From Cyanophora paradoxa CCMP329 (taxonomy: Eukaryota > Plantae > Glaucophyta): 64,000 bases of DNA. Below, one piece after another: positions 1 to 12,000 of this stretch (positions are counted from its first letter, which is position 1; every line of letters begins with the position of its first letter). Position numbers and translations under genes: made by a program. The notes beneath the pieces were generated by a model. It was not told where the DNA came from. It made no database searches and worked only from the letters and a program-made list of their open reading frames with translations. Where the stretch lies: assembly GCA_004431415.1 (NCBI GenBank), contig QPMI01000044.1, positions 434,001-498,000 of the forward strand. Direction: 5' to 3'.

Positions 1-2534
1 GTCTCCGCGCGATCTAGGCTATAGCTAACGAAGAAGCTGGTTATTGGAGCGAAAACAGAAGCAGGCGTCGGCACTGGCTCCTCGCCATCGTTGATGGGCA
101 TGTGAGGCTGCAAGTCGAAAATGGCAATCGAGCTGGGTGGAGATCTGCGCATGCGCACGATCGGCCAGCGCCGTGCATTATAATTAGAGATCGAGAAATC
201 CGCAGGCGATATCCAGTGGGCAAAGCTTACGCCACGTTTGCGTTTGTCCACTCTGGCATACATAGTTTGTGGCGATAGCACTGAAGGGCTGCGCAGTCCA
301 CGCTTTCAACGGGGCCGAAACGCATAGCTTTCTGCAGATGGGTAATTTTGTAGCAACTTTCCCTTTTGATGCCGAAAAAGCGAGCGCTGCAGCACCGAAT
401 ATTCGAATTTGTGATCAGCTTCAACGTTGCAATTGACGGTCGCAGCGCTAGCCCTAAGTTCACCGTTGCACGCACCCTGCACTTCGGGCTTTGCTGGCAC
501 AGAACTCAATGAATTCGTTGTATTTCTTATCTTCGATTTCGCGTGCGTTGCCCAAGTCAGCGAGCAGGTCCTCTACTGCCACAGCCTTCATCCACTGTTC
601 CATGTGGATGTCCTCTATGTACGCTGAGGCGCGTCGAACAGATTCTGAATCGAACAGTGTCTGCGGGGGGAGAATTAGATTTTAAATCGAATAGTGTCTG
701 CGGGAAAAGGGGATTCGCGATCGAATCTACAGTGGGAGTGTGCGCGATCTTACTTCTGGAGTAAATTTGGGATCTTTGAACTTATTGTAGTCCCCGTTGA
801 TGTTCAGAAGTCCAGACTGCCGGTTGAGCGTCTTGTAACACCCACGGTACGCGTACGATGAGCCTGCAAGCACAAATAAGTAAACCAAGGTGCGCATGGT
901 CTACGAACTGAGGCTGATTATAGTTATGACCTGCAACTGACACGGAGGACGAGGTCGTAAAATTCTGGGTCTGCTCCCGCTGCCCGAGAGTGTTCCCGCC
1001 CGTGACTCGGATGAAATACGCCGAGTTGGGCACGAGACCGTCGATCCAAATGCGGCTTTGACTATCTCTCAATAACTCCCTGCTGAATTCAGCCGAAGAT
1101 ACGATTTCGCTGGCAGCGCTGCGGTTTCTCGAAGGGTACAACGTCACGGTCATCCGATCAAAGTGTTGGGATATCGGGATGTCGTCTATGCCTGCATAGG
1201 ACCACTCGAACATTATTCCAGAAGGTGCCGGGCTGGCGGGTGCGAGAGTGAAAGGCGCAGGCAGCGACGGCGGATTGCCCTCGTCGCTGGCGGATGAGAG
1301 GTCAAACACGGAAAGCGCCAGATCGGGACTGTCGCCACCCAGGTGAGCGATTGCAAAACGCGGAATGCGAACCAAAGCCCAGCGCACCCTGAACCGCCGC
1401 AGGTTTGCGACGCGTTCCCGGGACAAGGGAAATTACACTGGTTGCTGAGGCCGCGTCGCGTGAGGAAGAAGAAATCGTTCGTGAACACACAGTAGGCCTT
1501 CGTAGTCGAGGGCCAGGCGTCGTCCGGCGTCCAGTACACCCCAGACGCAAAATAGCGGAATCTGCGGCATCATCGAATGCATCGAAATCATGATCATTAT
1601 ATAATTAGAAGAGCGTGACGCCAAGCGACGTCGGCTGCGCATGCGCAGTCCGTACCCTGGCTTTGATCCGGCACGCAGAGAAGCCCCGTGCGATGCACAC
1701 AGAGTATTTGAAGCCGATTGATGGGCAGCTTTGTAATCGTCTGCCCCAAGGAAGTCCTTGAAGTGATAGATTTCGGCAGGGAACACACTGATGATGTCCG
1801 TCCCGTAGAAGTTATAACTGTTAACGTTTGAATTCTCCGTTGGACCTAACGGAATTGAGTTCTTGTAGCAGCCTCGGTATCGGTACGGCACGCGATCTGC
1901 AGTCCCACGCGTACATATGCATCAGTCAAAGTCAACTTGAAGCGAAACCGAACCGTGAATGTTTTTAATGTTTAATTATAATATAATATATAAGTTAAAC
2001 ACCAATAATTACCGGGGGTCATAAAGACGACAGAAGCCGAGTAAGACTGGCCTCCGGCAGGCGTCGCAATTGCCGAGACATTGTACGAGGAACTCTTGAC
2101 GAATTCCCCCAAATAGATTGAGACGGTCCCTGATGTACCGCTCCCAGATTCAAGCTTGAGGGTCTCACTGGGAGCTGCCCGCGACTTTGAAGGATAGATC
2201 ACAATTGCGACCTGTACAGACGTGCCGCTGGGCGTGGCTTGTAATTGCCAGGAGACCAGCACGGTATCTTCTTGAACATTCACGTCGATGGAGGCTTGCT
2301 CAGCGGCAGCAAGAGGGCTGGCGCAGAATGCCATCATCACTAAACCCGCAAACAAACCTGCGGCGCCCCAGCGCAGCGGATTACAAGATCGGATATCAGT
2401 TGGTTTGTGCCGCAGTGCAAAGTCTGCTAATCATATATAGATATAATTATATATATATAATATGTGCAAACTAAAGTCGGACCGGAGAAAAGGATCCGGA
2501 GAGCTCGAATGTCGCAATCTGCATTTGCATGCAT
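1..2534 (-). CDS. Secreted multi-exon protein with alternating FN3-like and WSC-like domains; 3' end lies beyond the window start
   Basis: Hand-spliced: signal peptide (LFAGLVMMAFCASPLAAA, ~2357-2300); FN3-like block (VLVSWQ...SSYNVSAIA); WSC-like block (YRYRGCY...CNFPCPGNASQTCGG...SVFDL); second FN3 (FEWSY...GLVPNSAYFIRVTG); second WSC-like block (YAYRGCYK...FCASKA...FFGIKRESCY...IAIFDL). GT-AG introns. Start ATG at 2534 is tentative. Confidence 0.75.
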
Positions 2535-2659
2535 ATGCACGCTCATGCATTTGGACGGATCCAGCTTCGTACGCATACGAAATGCCGCAGTCGTACGAGC
2601 CCTTGCCATTTGAACTGCGCATGCGATGGCCGCCGGGTCATGCATATTTGAGTGCGCAA

Positions 2660-4110
2660 TCATTTTAGCTCATATGCATGGTCATGAGTCCGAGGTGCGC
2701 GATATATATCGATGCCAGGATATGCATGCGAGCTGGCCGCGCCGCGGCGGGGGCTTTAAGCTTTAGCTTGTATTCGAATACATATACGCACTAGTACTGA
2801 CCTTCCGTATACTAGCTATAGGCCGCGGACTTAAGCTTCGTTCTGGAGTCCGACAGTCCGCGAGCCTCGCGGTCGTGCGCGCGCGTGCGCGTTGCGTTCG
2901 CGACTGGCGCCGGCGGCTGTAATTATATATAAGGCCGGTGGGCTCTAGCTAGGCTGGGAGCTTACGCGCGCGTATTTTAGCTATATGGCGCGGCTTCGCT
3001 GACCGTCGGACGCGATCCGACGACACTGCAGCCTGCATGCTGCAGCTGTGAGTCTGTGCTAGGCTGCTAGTTAGCCCCTGTGACAGCCCCTATAGCTAGG
3101 ACTCCTAGGAGTACTGGTTAGTGAAGCTGTCACAGCTGTACATGTAAGTTACTCACTGAGTCATAAGTTACTAAGTTACTAGTTACTAGTTGGTACTATA
3201 GCTACGTACTACTATCTCAGTAGCAACTGGCCGGCCAGCTGCAGGCTACCGCACTGCCCGGGCCAGCCCGGCCAGCTGCAGGCTGCAGCCTGCAGGCTGC
3301 GCACTGCCTGCCACTGCGCAGTGCGCATGCGCAGCTGCGCAGCGGCGCCGCGGCGCCCGCCGGCCGCAGGCTCCGCAGCCCCGCCGCAGCCTCCCGCAGG
3401 CCCATGGCCATCAGCCTACCGTAGTACACTGCCTGACAGCTGTGCGTTGACCGGTCGGATCTCTTCGGGCCCATCAGCTGAAACAAAAACAGCGCGGTTT
3501 ATCAAGTGCTATGAATGCAAATTGCAAAGAATTCGAAGTTTACCGGGTGAAGTCGGCTGAACGGGGTAAATTCGCGATTGAGTGACCGGGCTGGCACGAG
3601 AATGGAGTGACCGGTACCGAAATTAATATTCAACTATAGGAATATAGCCTTTATATAGGCTAGCTAGTAGTAGCTAGTATCCCGGTAGCGCTAGCCCCCC
3701 TAGGGCCTAGTTGGACATCGGGCCCGGCCGAAATAATTATATCTGAATTCGAAGTTACCCGGTATGGATCTGGCAATCGATTGCAACTTAAGCTTAATTA
3801 TAAGCTTTGGATGCATGCGCAAGCCAGCTGCATGCAGGCTGCAGCTTGCAACTTGGCAATTGCGCATGCCAGTTGCAATTGCCAATTGGCTTGACCGCAA
3901 GCCTAGCGGCCCTAGGCCTAGCCGCTCCGGAGTTCTAGCCGATTCATCCAACCAGAGCCCCTTTTCAAATCGGTCATCCTGTATGCAGAATATCGAATCC
4001 TGAATTTCGAAATAGTACTAGTACTGCTACTAGCTACATAGTACTGCCGGTAGTAATCTTAATTGCAGTATAATATTCAATGATTGGCTAAAAGCTTCCT
4101 TCTCCCCGAG
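2660..4110. other. Non-coding spacer saturated with short self-complementary words (CTAG, AGCT, TGCA, GTAC, GCGC, GGCC)
   Basis: Visible directly, e.g. aagttactaagttactagttactagtt (~3166-3190) and tagtactagtactgctactagctacatagtact (~4013-4045); no credible ORF. Confidence 0.6.
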
Positions 4111-4194
4111 CACTTTGATATCCTTAATATCACTATCCTCACAGGCTCATGATCATGCACTTCGGCTCCGAGGCGAGAGCAGCCCATGGCTAAA

Positions 4195-4370
4195 AAGAGG
4201 GCGAGGCCGAAAAGGAAGGGGGGCTCCCAGGCCGAGGAAAAGGAAGGGGGGCTCCAGGCCGAGAGGGCGAGGGGGAGGCTCCCGGGCCGAGGGCGCTAAG
4301 AGAGGCGCCCCAGAAGCTGAGAGGCGCTAAGGGAAGCCGCATTGGGCCGAGAGGCCTGAGGCCACGGGGG
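4195..4370 (+). repeat. Degenerate ~25-30 bp purine-rich tandem repeat (ggccgag..aaggaagggggctccc)
   Basis: About 5-6 recognisable units, most starting ggccga. Confidence 0.5.
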
Positions 4371-4789
4371 CTCATGATCGGTCTCGAGGGCGCCCAGGGG
4401 GGGGGGCGTCCGATCCAGAGTCGTGAGGGCGCGCCGCCCCCCGGGCCGGCCCGGTCCAGTGGACGGATTCGAAGCGCAGGGGGCGAGCTAGGGGCAGCGC
4501 CGCGGCCCGCTGCCCGGGCGACCGGACGGACCGCAGGCGCCCGGACCGCAGGCTGTCCCTGCGGGAGCTAGGGGCACGCCGCACGACCTCGGGCCCGTCC
4601 AGACCCGCCGCGGCCTCCGGGGGACCCCAGCTGCGCATGCGACTTTGAGATATCTGGACGCCCGGCTCAGAGCACAGCGCGCGCGGAGGGGCGCTCGGGC
4701 GCTCGCACCCGTACCCGGGCGACGTCTGCTCGGCCCCCTCCCCCCGGGGCGGGGCGGGAGCCGGCGGGGCGGGAGCCGGCGGGGCGGGA

Positions 4790-6800
4790 GCGCGCGGGCG
4801 GGGCCCGTTGACGGCCAGGAGAACCCCCGCGGCGGGCCGGCCTCCGTCAGCGGAAGAGAGGAAGAGAACGGCCTCCGGTCGAGGCGCCGCGGGGGCCGGA
4901 GCCGTCCCCGCCGCCGGCGCCGCCCCGGCCCCGGCCCCGGCCCCAGCAACCGGGCGGGCGCCTCTCGTCCTCTTTCCCCTTCTCTCCGAGAGGAGGCCCG
5001 GGGGAGGCCTCTCTCCTCCGAGAAGGGGAAAGAGGAGGAGAGCGGGCCTTCGATTTGGATCCCCGCCCCGGCCGCCGCCCCGTCCAGCCCGTGCTCCCGG
5101 CCCTCCAGTTGTAAACTCGAGTCCCGCGGGGCCTTCCGAAAGCGAAGCTCAGAGGGCGGCCCGCGCCAGCGGAGAAGCCGGCGTCCGGGCGCTCGAACCC
5201 GTCAAATACACCAGACACCAGAACGCCCGCGGCGCGCAGTTCCGACCTCCTGGGGCGCAGCTCGGCTGCGGAAAGGGCGTCCGAGGTGAGGGAGGGGCCT
5301 TTCGGCCGCCCGGCCGGCCCTGGGAGCAGCGAGCGACCTGACGAGAGGGTCGACCTCAGTTCTAGCGCTTCGGGCTCGTAAATACGGACGGCGCGGTGCG
5401 CACCATAGGATTCGCCGCGCTCGAAAGGGGCGGGCAAAAGTCCAACGGGGTCCTGGGGCGAAGGTCGGCTCCGGGAGGGGCAGGGGGGGTACGGGTACTT
5501 TGGACGCACCCCTACGGCGTGCCGCACACCGTTCGATCGGGAATGAAAAGGAGATTCCAGCGGTGCAATCGCCGGGCCTCGGCGGCGCAGGGTGGTCGGG
5601 TACACCGAAAAATCTTCCCGGGCCAGGCGTGAGAGGGGCGGGGGGCGGCTCAAAGATGGTGGCGCAGGTCTAGAGCGGACCTTTTCGCGGCGTGGAGGAG
5701 AGAGGAGCCCGCTGCGATCGTGCGGGGTCGGATGGAACCCGCCGAGCTGACGGCCCGGCCGCCCGCGGGCGCCCTCCCATTGCCAGTGGCTCCACTGCTT
5801 CCGCGCGCCCCGCCGCCAAAGAACAGTATCAGGAACATTCCGAGTGCGCGCTGCGCGCGAGGCGCGTACCGGCGCGTACCCAGCGGCAATCAGGCAAACC
5901 GCGCCTCAAGGCTCATGCAGTGATCCGGGTATACGCGTGCTGTGAACTCGAGCGGTCAGAAGAGGATCAGCTCAAAGAGCAGATCGTGCTCACCAGTTTG
6001 CTAGCGTGACTCTGCAGCGTCGTGACTAGGCCCGGCCGAGGCGACCATGCGCGAGGCGACAACATGCCGAATCGCCGCGGCCCATTCGCTCGATCGGCGG
6101 CGACGGCTGGCCGTCACCGCGCGCCTCGGGCCCTCGACGGCTGTGCTGCTGCGGATGCTGCGGTGGATGGCCCCCGATGGAGCCGCGTGGTAGCAGCAGG
6201 AGGCGACAGCTGAGATCGCGGCGCCATCGGCTGACATTCGGCCGTGGGAAGCACGCGTACGTTGGATCATAGATGCTAGCTGCAGCACGGGAGAGCTCGC
6301 TTTCGGGCGATCCGCTGGGGCGGCAAGCAGCTCCGGTGGATCTAGCGCAGTCGTCGATCGATTCCTGCCCCGCGGGACGGCGGGTGGAGTTGCACTGGAG
6401 CAGCTTTTGGCCGTCGAAGGGGGGTACGTGCAGGTTCGACGCAGCGGTAGCGGCCGTGTCTCGCTTGCAGCGCCAGAGCAGTGGGCAGTCCCTCAGCCTC
6501 TGCCGGCAGCACGAAAGCTTGGGAAGAGCCGCTGGAGGTGCGTGGCTGCTACTCTGCGCTAGGCGGAGCCCCCCGCCGTTCCAGTCGAACGCCGAGCTAG
6601 AGCCGCGAGGGACGCGGGAATCTTAGTTAGATCGTTACGTTCTCGCTTGCACGCTTGGAGCGTGGCTGCCGCATCGGTGCTGTAGTCGAAGCTCGCGGTG
6701 GCCGACCAGATCAAATCCGACTCCACCTTTGCCTCCGCTTCGTACGATCGCTCCGAGCGCTCACACCGTCCTTTCGACAGGTTAGCGACCTTTTTCGCGT
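4790..6800 (+). repeat. Dispersed non-coding cassette (segments A-B-C-D), copy 1, immediately upstream of gene Y'
   Basis: Reverse-complement matches to ~38757-40620 (e.g. gggcccgttgacggccaggagaaccc at 4801 vs 40548-40572) and to ~44170-44790; segment B (5210-5845) recurs directly at 8290-8945. Confidence 0.85.
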
Positions 6801-7048
6801 AGCCGCTTCCGCGGAGCCGCTCTCTTCAAACGGAAGGCCCAAGCGAGGTTCGCCGCTGCGTACGCACCTCTCAACCCACGCGGGCGCCGTTGAGCTCGGC
6901 CAAGGACACACATAGACATTTAAGCAGTCACCGGAGCAGACCGCAACTGCCGCGGCGTGCGGCTCTCTCCACCGGTGCTTCTCTGAACTGCGTCTGCGCA
7001 GGAAGTTGAATGGGGGCTCGTCTAAATCTGGGAGGAGTTGCGACGAAG

Positions 7049-7979
7049 ATGAAGGCGGATGAAAGCGCAAGGCAGGGCGCGACACGGGACGCGGCCTCGA
7101 AGAAGAGCACGACTTCTCGCGACTTCTGGCTCCTGCTGCAGCTGTGCGCCGCGCTCTCGTTATCGATCGCCGTCGCTGCTGTGGTGCCCTTCTTGCCCTT
7201 CGTGGGGCTCGAGGCCGTGGGCTTACACCCGCTGCAGGCGATGGGCCACTCGGGCGCACTCGGCCGCCTCGGGCTCGTGACGGTGCGCCGCGGATTCGAT
7301 GATTTCCTTCCCCGCACCACGCGAGCCGCGCGCCGGGCCGACCACCCAGCAGCACAGCGAACTCGGCACGAAGCTCGAGGCGGCCCATGCTGCGCTTCGA
7401 GCGGAGATGGAAGAGCTTCGCGCACGTCTCAAGGTCCGTCGCGGCTGCCTAGAGAGCGCTAGCAGGCAGCCGACCCGTCAACTTGCGCGAGAGCAGGACC
7501 ATGCCAGCCAAGCGGAGCGCAACGCGGAACTCGATGCAATCATAAGCAAGCTTCTGGAGGAGAAGAGAGCGCTCCATGCACAGGTCGAGGTCCGCCGCTT
7601 CTGTTTCGAGTTTACGCCGGCCTTCAGGCCATCGCTGATCCGGGCTCGAGCAGGAGTGGAAGCTCAACGCGACCCAGTGCGGCGGACTCGTCGACAAACT
7701 TCGGGCGAACAAGAAAGCGCTTGCAAAGAACTACATTGCATTTCAGGAGGAGAACGCTGCGCTTCAGGTTCGGTCTAATGGCCTTGGGGCCTTTCTTCCA
7801 AGCTGTACATGTGGTCGAACTCACGGGCTCGCGAGAAGAAGGATGCGCAAGCCTGCAAGTCCGCTCTCCAGGCTGTCTTCAAGGAGTCAGAGGCTGAACA
7901 GGCCAAACTCTGGCAGCCTTGGGTCTATGTTGTCTACTCCGATATTAAATCCTGGTGGTACTCGAAAAAACAGGAATAG
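7049..7979 (+). CDS. Gene Y': short multi-exon membrane protein (N-terminal hydrophobic segment + coiled coil + aromatic C-terminus); paralog of the C-terminal part of gene Y
   Basis: FWLLLQLCAALSLSIAVAAVVPFLPFVG hydrophobic stretch; LEAAHAALRAEMEELRARLK and AELDAIISKLLEEKRALHAQVE coiled coil; EWKLNATQC; ends LWQPWVYVVYSDIKSWWYSKKQE-TAG (7977-7979), matching gene Y's WRPLVQALYYEIKAWWYSRNQE. Start uncertain. Confidence 0.6.
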
Positions 7980-8179
7980 GCAACCGAGTGCCTGGCAGGT
8001 CTTCTTCAAATGCGACAGTTCTGTACAGATCTAGATATAGAAATGTGTTGCCTGCCTACATATGTATACCTGCCTATAGCCACCTGCTGAAGAAAATTAA
8101 AGTCGGAGGAAGCTTAATTATAAGCAGGGGGTCCCGCTGCAGCTGGGTCCTGCTTAGGTGGTTCGAGGCCTTCTGGACG

Positions 8180-8945
8180 CATAGCTCAGAGGGCGGCGAG
8201 CGCGAGTACTAGTGGAAGAGAGGGCACCCGGACGCTCGCATGCGCACCCCGTCGAACGGGGGCGGCGCGCGCGCACGAGGAACGGGGAAAGGGACACCAG
8301 AACGCCCGCGGCGCGCAGTTCCGACCTCATGGGGCTCGGTTGGACTCCCGGAGTCCGGTGCGGGCGTCCGAGGTGATGGAGGGGCCGTCCGGCCGCGGGG
8401 CCTGCGTCGGGGGAGCGGGCGGGGACCTGAAGAGAGGCTCGGCCTCGGTTCTAGCGCTAGCACATCGGGCTCGTAAATACGGCCGGCGCGGTGCGCACCA
8501 TCGGATTCGCCGTGCTCGAAAGGGGCGGGCAAAAGTTCAACGGGGTCCTGGGGCGAAGGTCGGGTCCGGAGGGGCAGGGGGGGGTACGGGTACTTTGGGC
8601 GCACCCCCACGGCGTGCCGCACACCGTTCGATCGGAAATGACAAGGAGATTCCAGCGGTGCAATCGCCGGGCCTCGGCGGCGCCGGGGTGGCCGGGTACA
8701 CCGAAAAAACTTCTCGGGCCACGCGTGAGACGGGCGGGGAGCGGCTCAAAGATGGCGGCGCAGATCTGGAGCGGACCTTTATGCGGCGAGGAGGAGACAG
8801 GAGCCCGCTGCGATCGCGCGGGGTCGGATGGAGCCCGGCGAGCCGACGGACCGGCCGCCCGCGGGCGCCCTCCCTGCGGGGCCAGTGGCTCCCACTGCTT
8901 TCGGGCGTCCTGCCGCCAATAGAACAGTATCAGGAACATTCCGAG
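8180..8945 (+). repeat. Cassette partial copy (end of A + B)
   Basis: Direct repeat of ~5148-5845, e.g. gccgcacaccgttcgatcgg at 5521 and 8616; joined to the macrosatellite through a G homopolymer at ~8995-9011. Confidence 0.85.
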
Positions 8946-9010
8946 CCTATCAGGAGCGAAAACGCGCTGCGCCGTCTGTTGCCCCGAGAGGCTTGGGGGG
9001 GGGGGGGGGG

Positions 9011-12000
9011 GCGCCCGCTGCCGGGCTGCGCGGAGGCGTGAGGTGCTCACATGCCCGGCGCACGCGGCCCCGCGCCCCGCGAACGAACCAGGAGGGGCGG
9101 AAGTGCTGCCGCGCCGCGGCGCCTCGACGCCGGAAGGCGACCCGGCGACGGAGGGCCGCCTCTCCGCTACGGCCGCGGATCCGCCGGACGCGGCGGCTCG
9201 CGGGCGGCCGCGGTCCCCGAGAAGGGCGGCGGGGGGGCGCATGACGAGGCGGCGGCGGGGCCGGCGCTGAGCGCGTCGCGCCGCCGGCCGCCTCTCCACC
9301 GCGGCTCCCCGCCTCAGAGACCCTGCATGCGCAGCTGGAGCTGACGCTCGCCTGATGGCCCTGCCCGCGGCTCAAGCGACCATCGATGCTCTTTGCCGCC
9401 TGCTTGCCTGCGTGAAGACAGCTGCGCCCGTGAGCCGCCCGCCCCGCGCCATACGCATCCTCCACGACGTCACAGGCTGCAGGGCTGCAGGCATGGGAAG
9501 CGAGCGGGGTGTGCTAGCTGCCCGGCAGCGCAAACGTAACTGGGCCCGCGTGCGCACAGCACCGTGGCCGCAGTGGCACCGCGACGAAGCGCGCCGGTGT
9601 CCCGAAGTCCCGAAGCGTAGGCCGCGCGCGAGCGGGATCTGCGCGGCTGAAGCCTGCAAGCTTATCAGGAGCTCGTGGAAAGCCGGTCGCAACAGCCGCG
9701 TCGAGCGCTGGGTCTGCGCCACTATACGTGACTCGAGAACTCCGGCAACGAGCACGAGCTTTCCGCACCACGGGAAGCTCGCCTCCCGAGCCTACTGCTA
9801 CCAAATCGAGCGCATCTTGCAGGCGCAGACGTCAACAGCTGCAGGCAAGATCGAGAGGGCGCTGCCTCAACGCGGTGCACGTGTACCCCCCCTGCCAGAG
9901 GCAAATTTCCTCTGATCCAGAGGAAATTTTCCTCTGGGCCCCGACAGCGTACCCCCCTCCAGAGGCATATTTCCTCTGGCACGGCGCCGGCGCACAGGAA
10001 AATCTCCTCTGGGCGATCCGGCATGCATGCCCTCGTAGTACACGCAGCACTAGCTCGCGTGCGACGCTCTCCGTTTTCGGGGAGTGCAGCTGGAGCATCG
10101 CAGACGGTCGCGTTTGGCCGCGTGAACGAGGCATGGGCGGCCTAGCCTGCAGGAGCACAGCAGTCGCTCGATCTATCCCGGCGGCCCTCGCGCTCGCGGG
10201 GCGCGCCGCGGCCGGGCCGGTCGTGTGCGGGGCCGCCCGTCTGCGGGGCCGCGGACTCGGGAGCTCGAGTGCAGCGGCACTCCAGTTCGGCTCCTTCGGC
10301 CTTCGCCAAGCTTTCAGCTAAGGCGGGGAGCGCCTCGCGATCGGTGCGGCACGCAACGTCCGCTTTTCCTCTTGCAAGCTGAAGGCATCTGGGCTTACAC
10401 GAGCGCCCGCCGCGGCGCAGAACTAGACGCTGCGGGCGGGCTCGAGGATGAACGCTGCCGCGAATTGATGCTCCTGATCAGCTGAGAAACAAACGCCTAG
10501 CCTGTGAGCGCTTCTCTCGATCTGGGCTGCGAAAAGCAAAGCCGCGCGCCTCCGAACTCTGACTCAGTGACTTGGGCGCAGCTCGAACGCCCGCGCACGC
10601 GCCGAGACGGCGGAAGCGGCGCAGCGGGCCCGCGGCCCGCAGCTCCTCGGGCGCCCGGGCCCGTGCATTACGGCTCGCACCTGAGCTCATGGCCAGGAGC
10701 TCGCCGATCGAGAGAGATCCGGTGCGGCCGCCCGCCCCGCATGTTTCCCGCCCGAGCGTTCTGCCGATGCCGCCCGCGCAGCCGCCGGGCCGCGCTGTTG
10801 CAGACGCGCTTCGCCGCCTGCCTCCCCCTCGAGCTCCGCGTACGGCTTCCGGCCGCCGGGCCTACAGCACTTCGAGAGCCGCCCGAAGGCACGCGAGGGC
10901 TCAGGTGCAGCAGAGCGCCTTAAAGCTTGCTTCTCGTTCCGAAGATTTGAGAGAAGCGCGCGCGCCCATGCTCACTGCTCTTCCCAGGGCGATCCCGTGC
11001 AGCTCGGAAGAGCCGGCAACACAGCATCAACGTTAACTCAGCTACGGTGCGCTTGAGCCTCTTGCGGGGCGCTGCGCCCGCCAGATCCGGACCTCACGGC
11101 TGTTCCTGATCAGCTGCAGGGGGCAGCGGCGGCCGGGGAGCTCGAGGGGGGTCGGGCGGCGCAGTGCCGCTGCATGCGCAGTCCAGCGGACATGTTCCTC
11201 GTTGTATACGGTCAGAAACACCTAGATATGTAGCTAGCCCATCCGATTGCTAAATTCGAGTCAGCGTCAATTCATATGGCTACGGTGGCCGCCCTCTAGC
11301 TACCGTGGTTCCATGCCCACCGGTACCTTTCATTTGCTGCGAGGGATCTGCAGCTGGGCGACGCTGGCCGCAGGGCCCGGCGGGTGCCGAGCCTGCCCCG
11401 GCGAGCCAACGCAGCACGCACGCCGCTTCGTGCTGCGGGGCTGACCGATGGAGGGGGCGGGGATGAAGGATGCCATGGTAGAGCGGGTGGGGCGGGGCCG
11501 GGCGGGCGGGGAAGCGGGCCGGCGCGGCGGGGGGAAGCGGGGCCGGAGGAAGGGAGGGCCTGGGCGGGAAGCGGGGCCGGAGGAAGGGAGGGGCTAGCGC
11601 TGAGCGGTGAAGCGGGCGGGCCGGGCCGGCTCTGGAAAGAGCCTTGGCGAGGGGCCCCGGGGGCGGGGCGGATCAGGGGGAGGGACCGGGAAGGGGGCGG
11701 GGGTGGGGGGGGGGGGGGGAGGGGCGGGGAAGAGAGAGGGGGCCGGGCGGATCTGGCCATGGGGAGGGGCCGGAGGAAGCCCCGAGGAAGCGGGCGGGGG
11801 TCCCGCCCCGGGCGAGGACGGAGGCAGCGGCCGCCGCGGGTCGCCGTCGCCGTCCGACGGCTGCCGCGGCGATCGCGGCGCGCCCCTCTGATCTGAGGCC
11901 CTGAGGCTCAGGCGCCGACACCGCGGAAGGCGGGCGCGGGGGCGCACCGGAGAGGCGCCCGGCTGCCCAGTGCCGCGGGCGCTGGAGGCCCGCCGGGTGC

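Noticed and set aside
5500-5560. tRNA or SINE B-box-like GTTCGATC in cassette B
   Set aside because: No A-box at suitable spacing and no cloverleaf.
9895-10012. Palindromic repeats as a CRISPR array
   Set aside because: Only four copies with irregular 1-21 bp gaps, no unique spacers, no cas genes, eukaryotic context.
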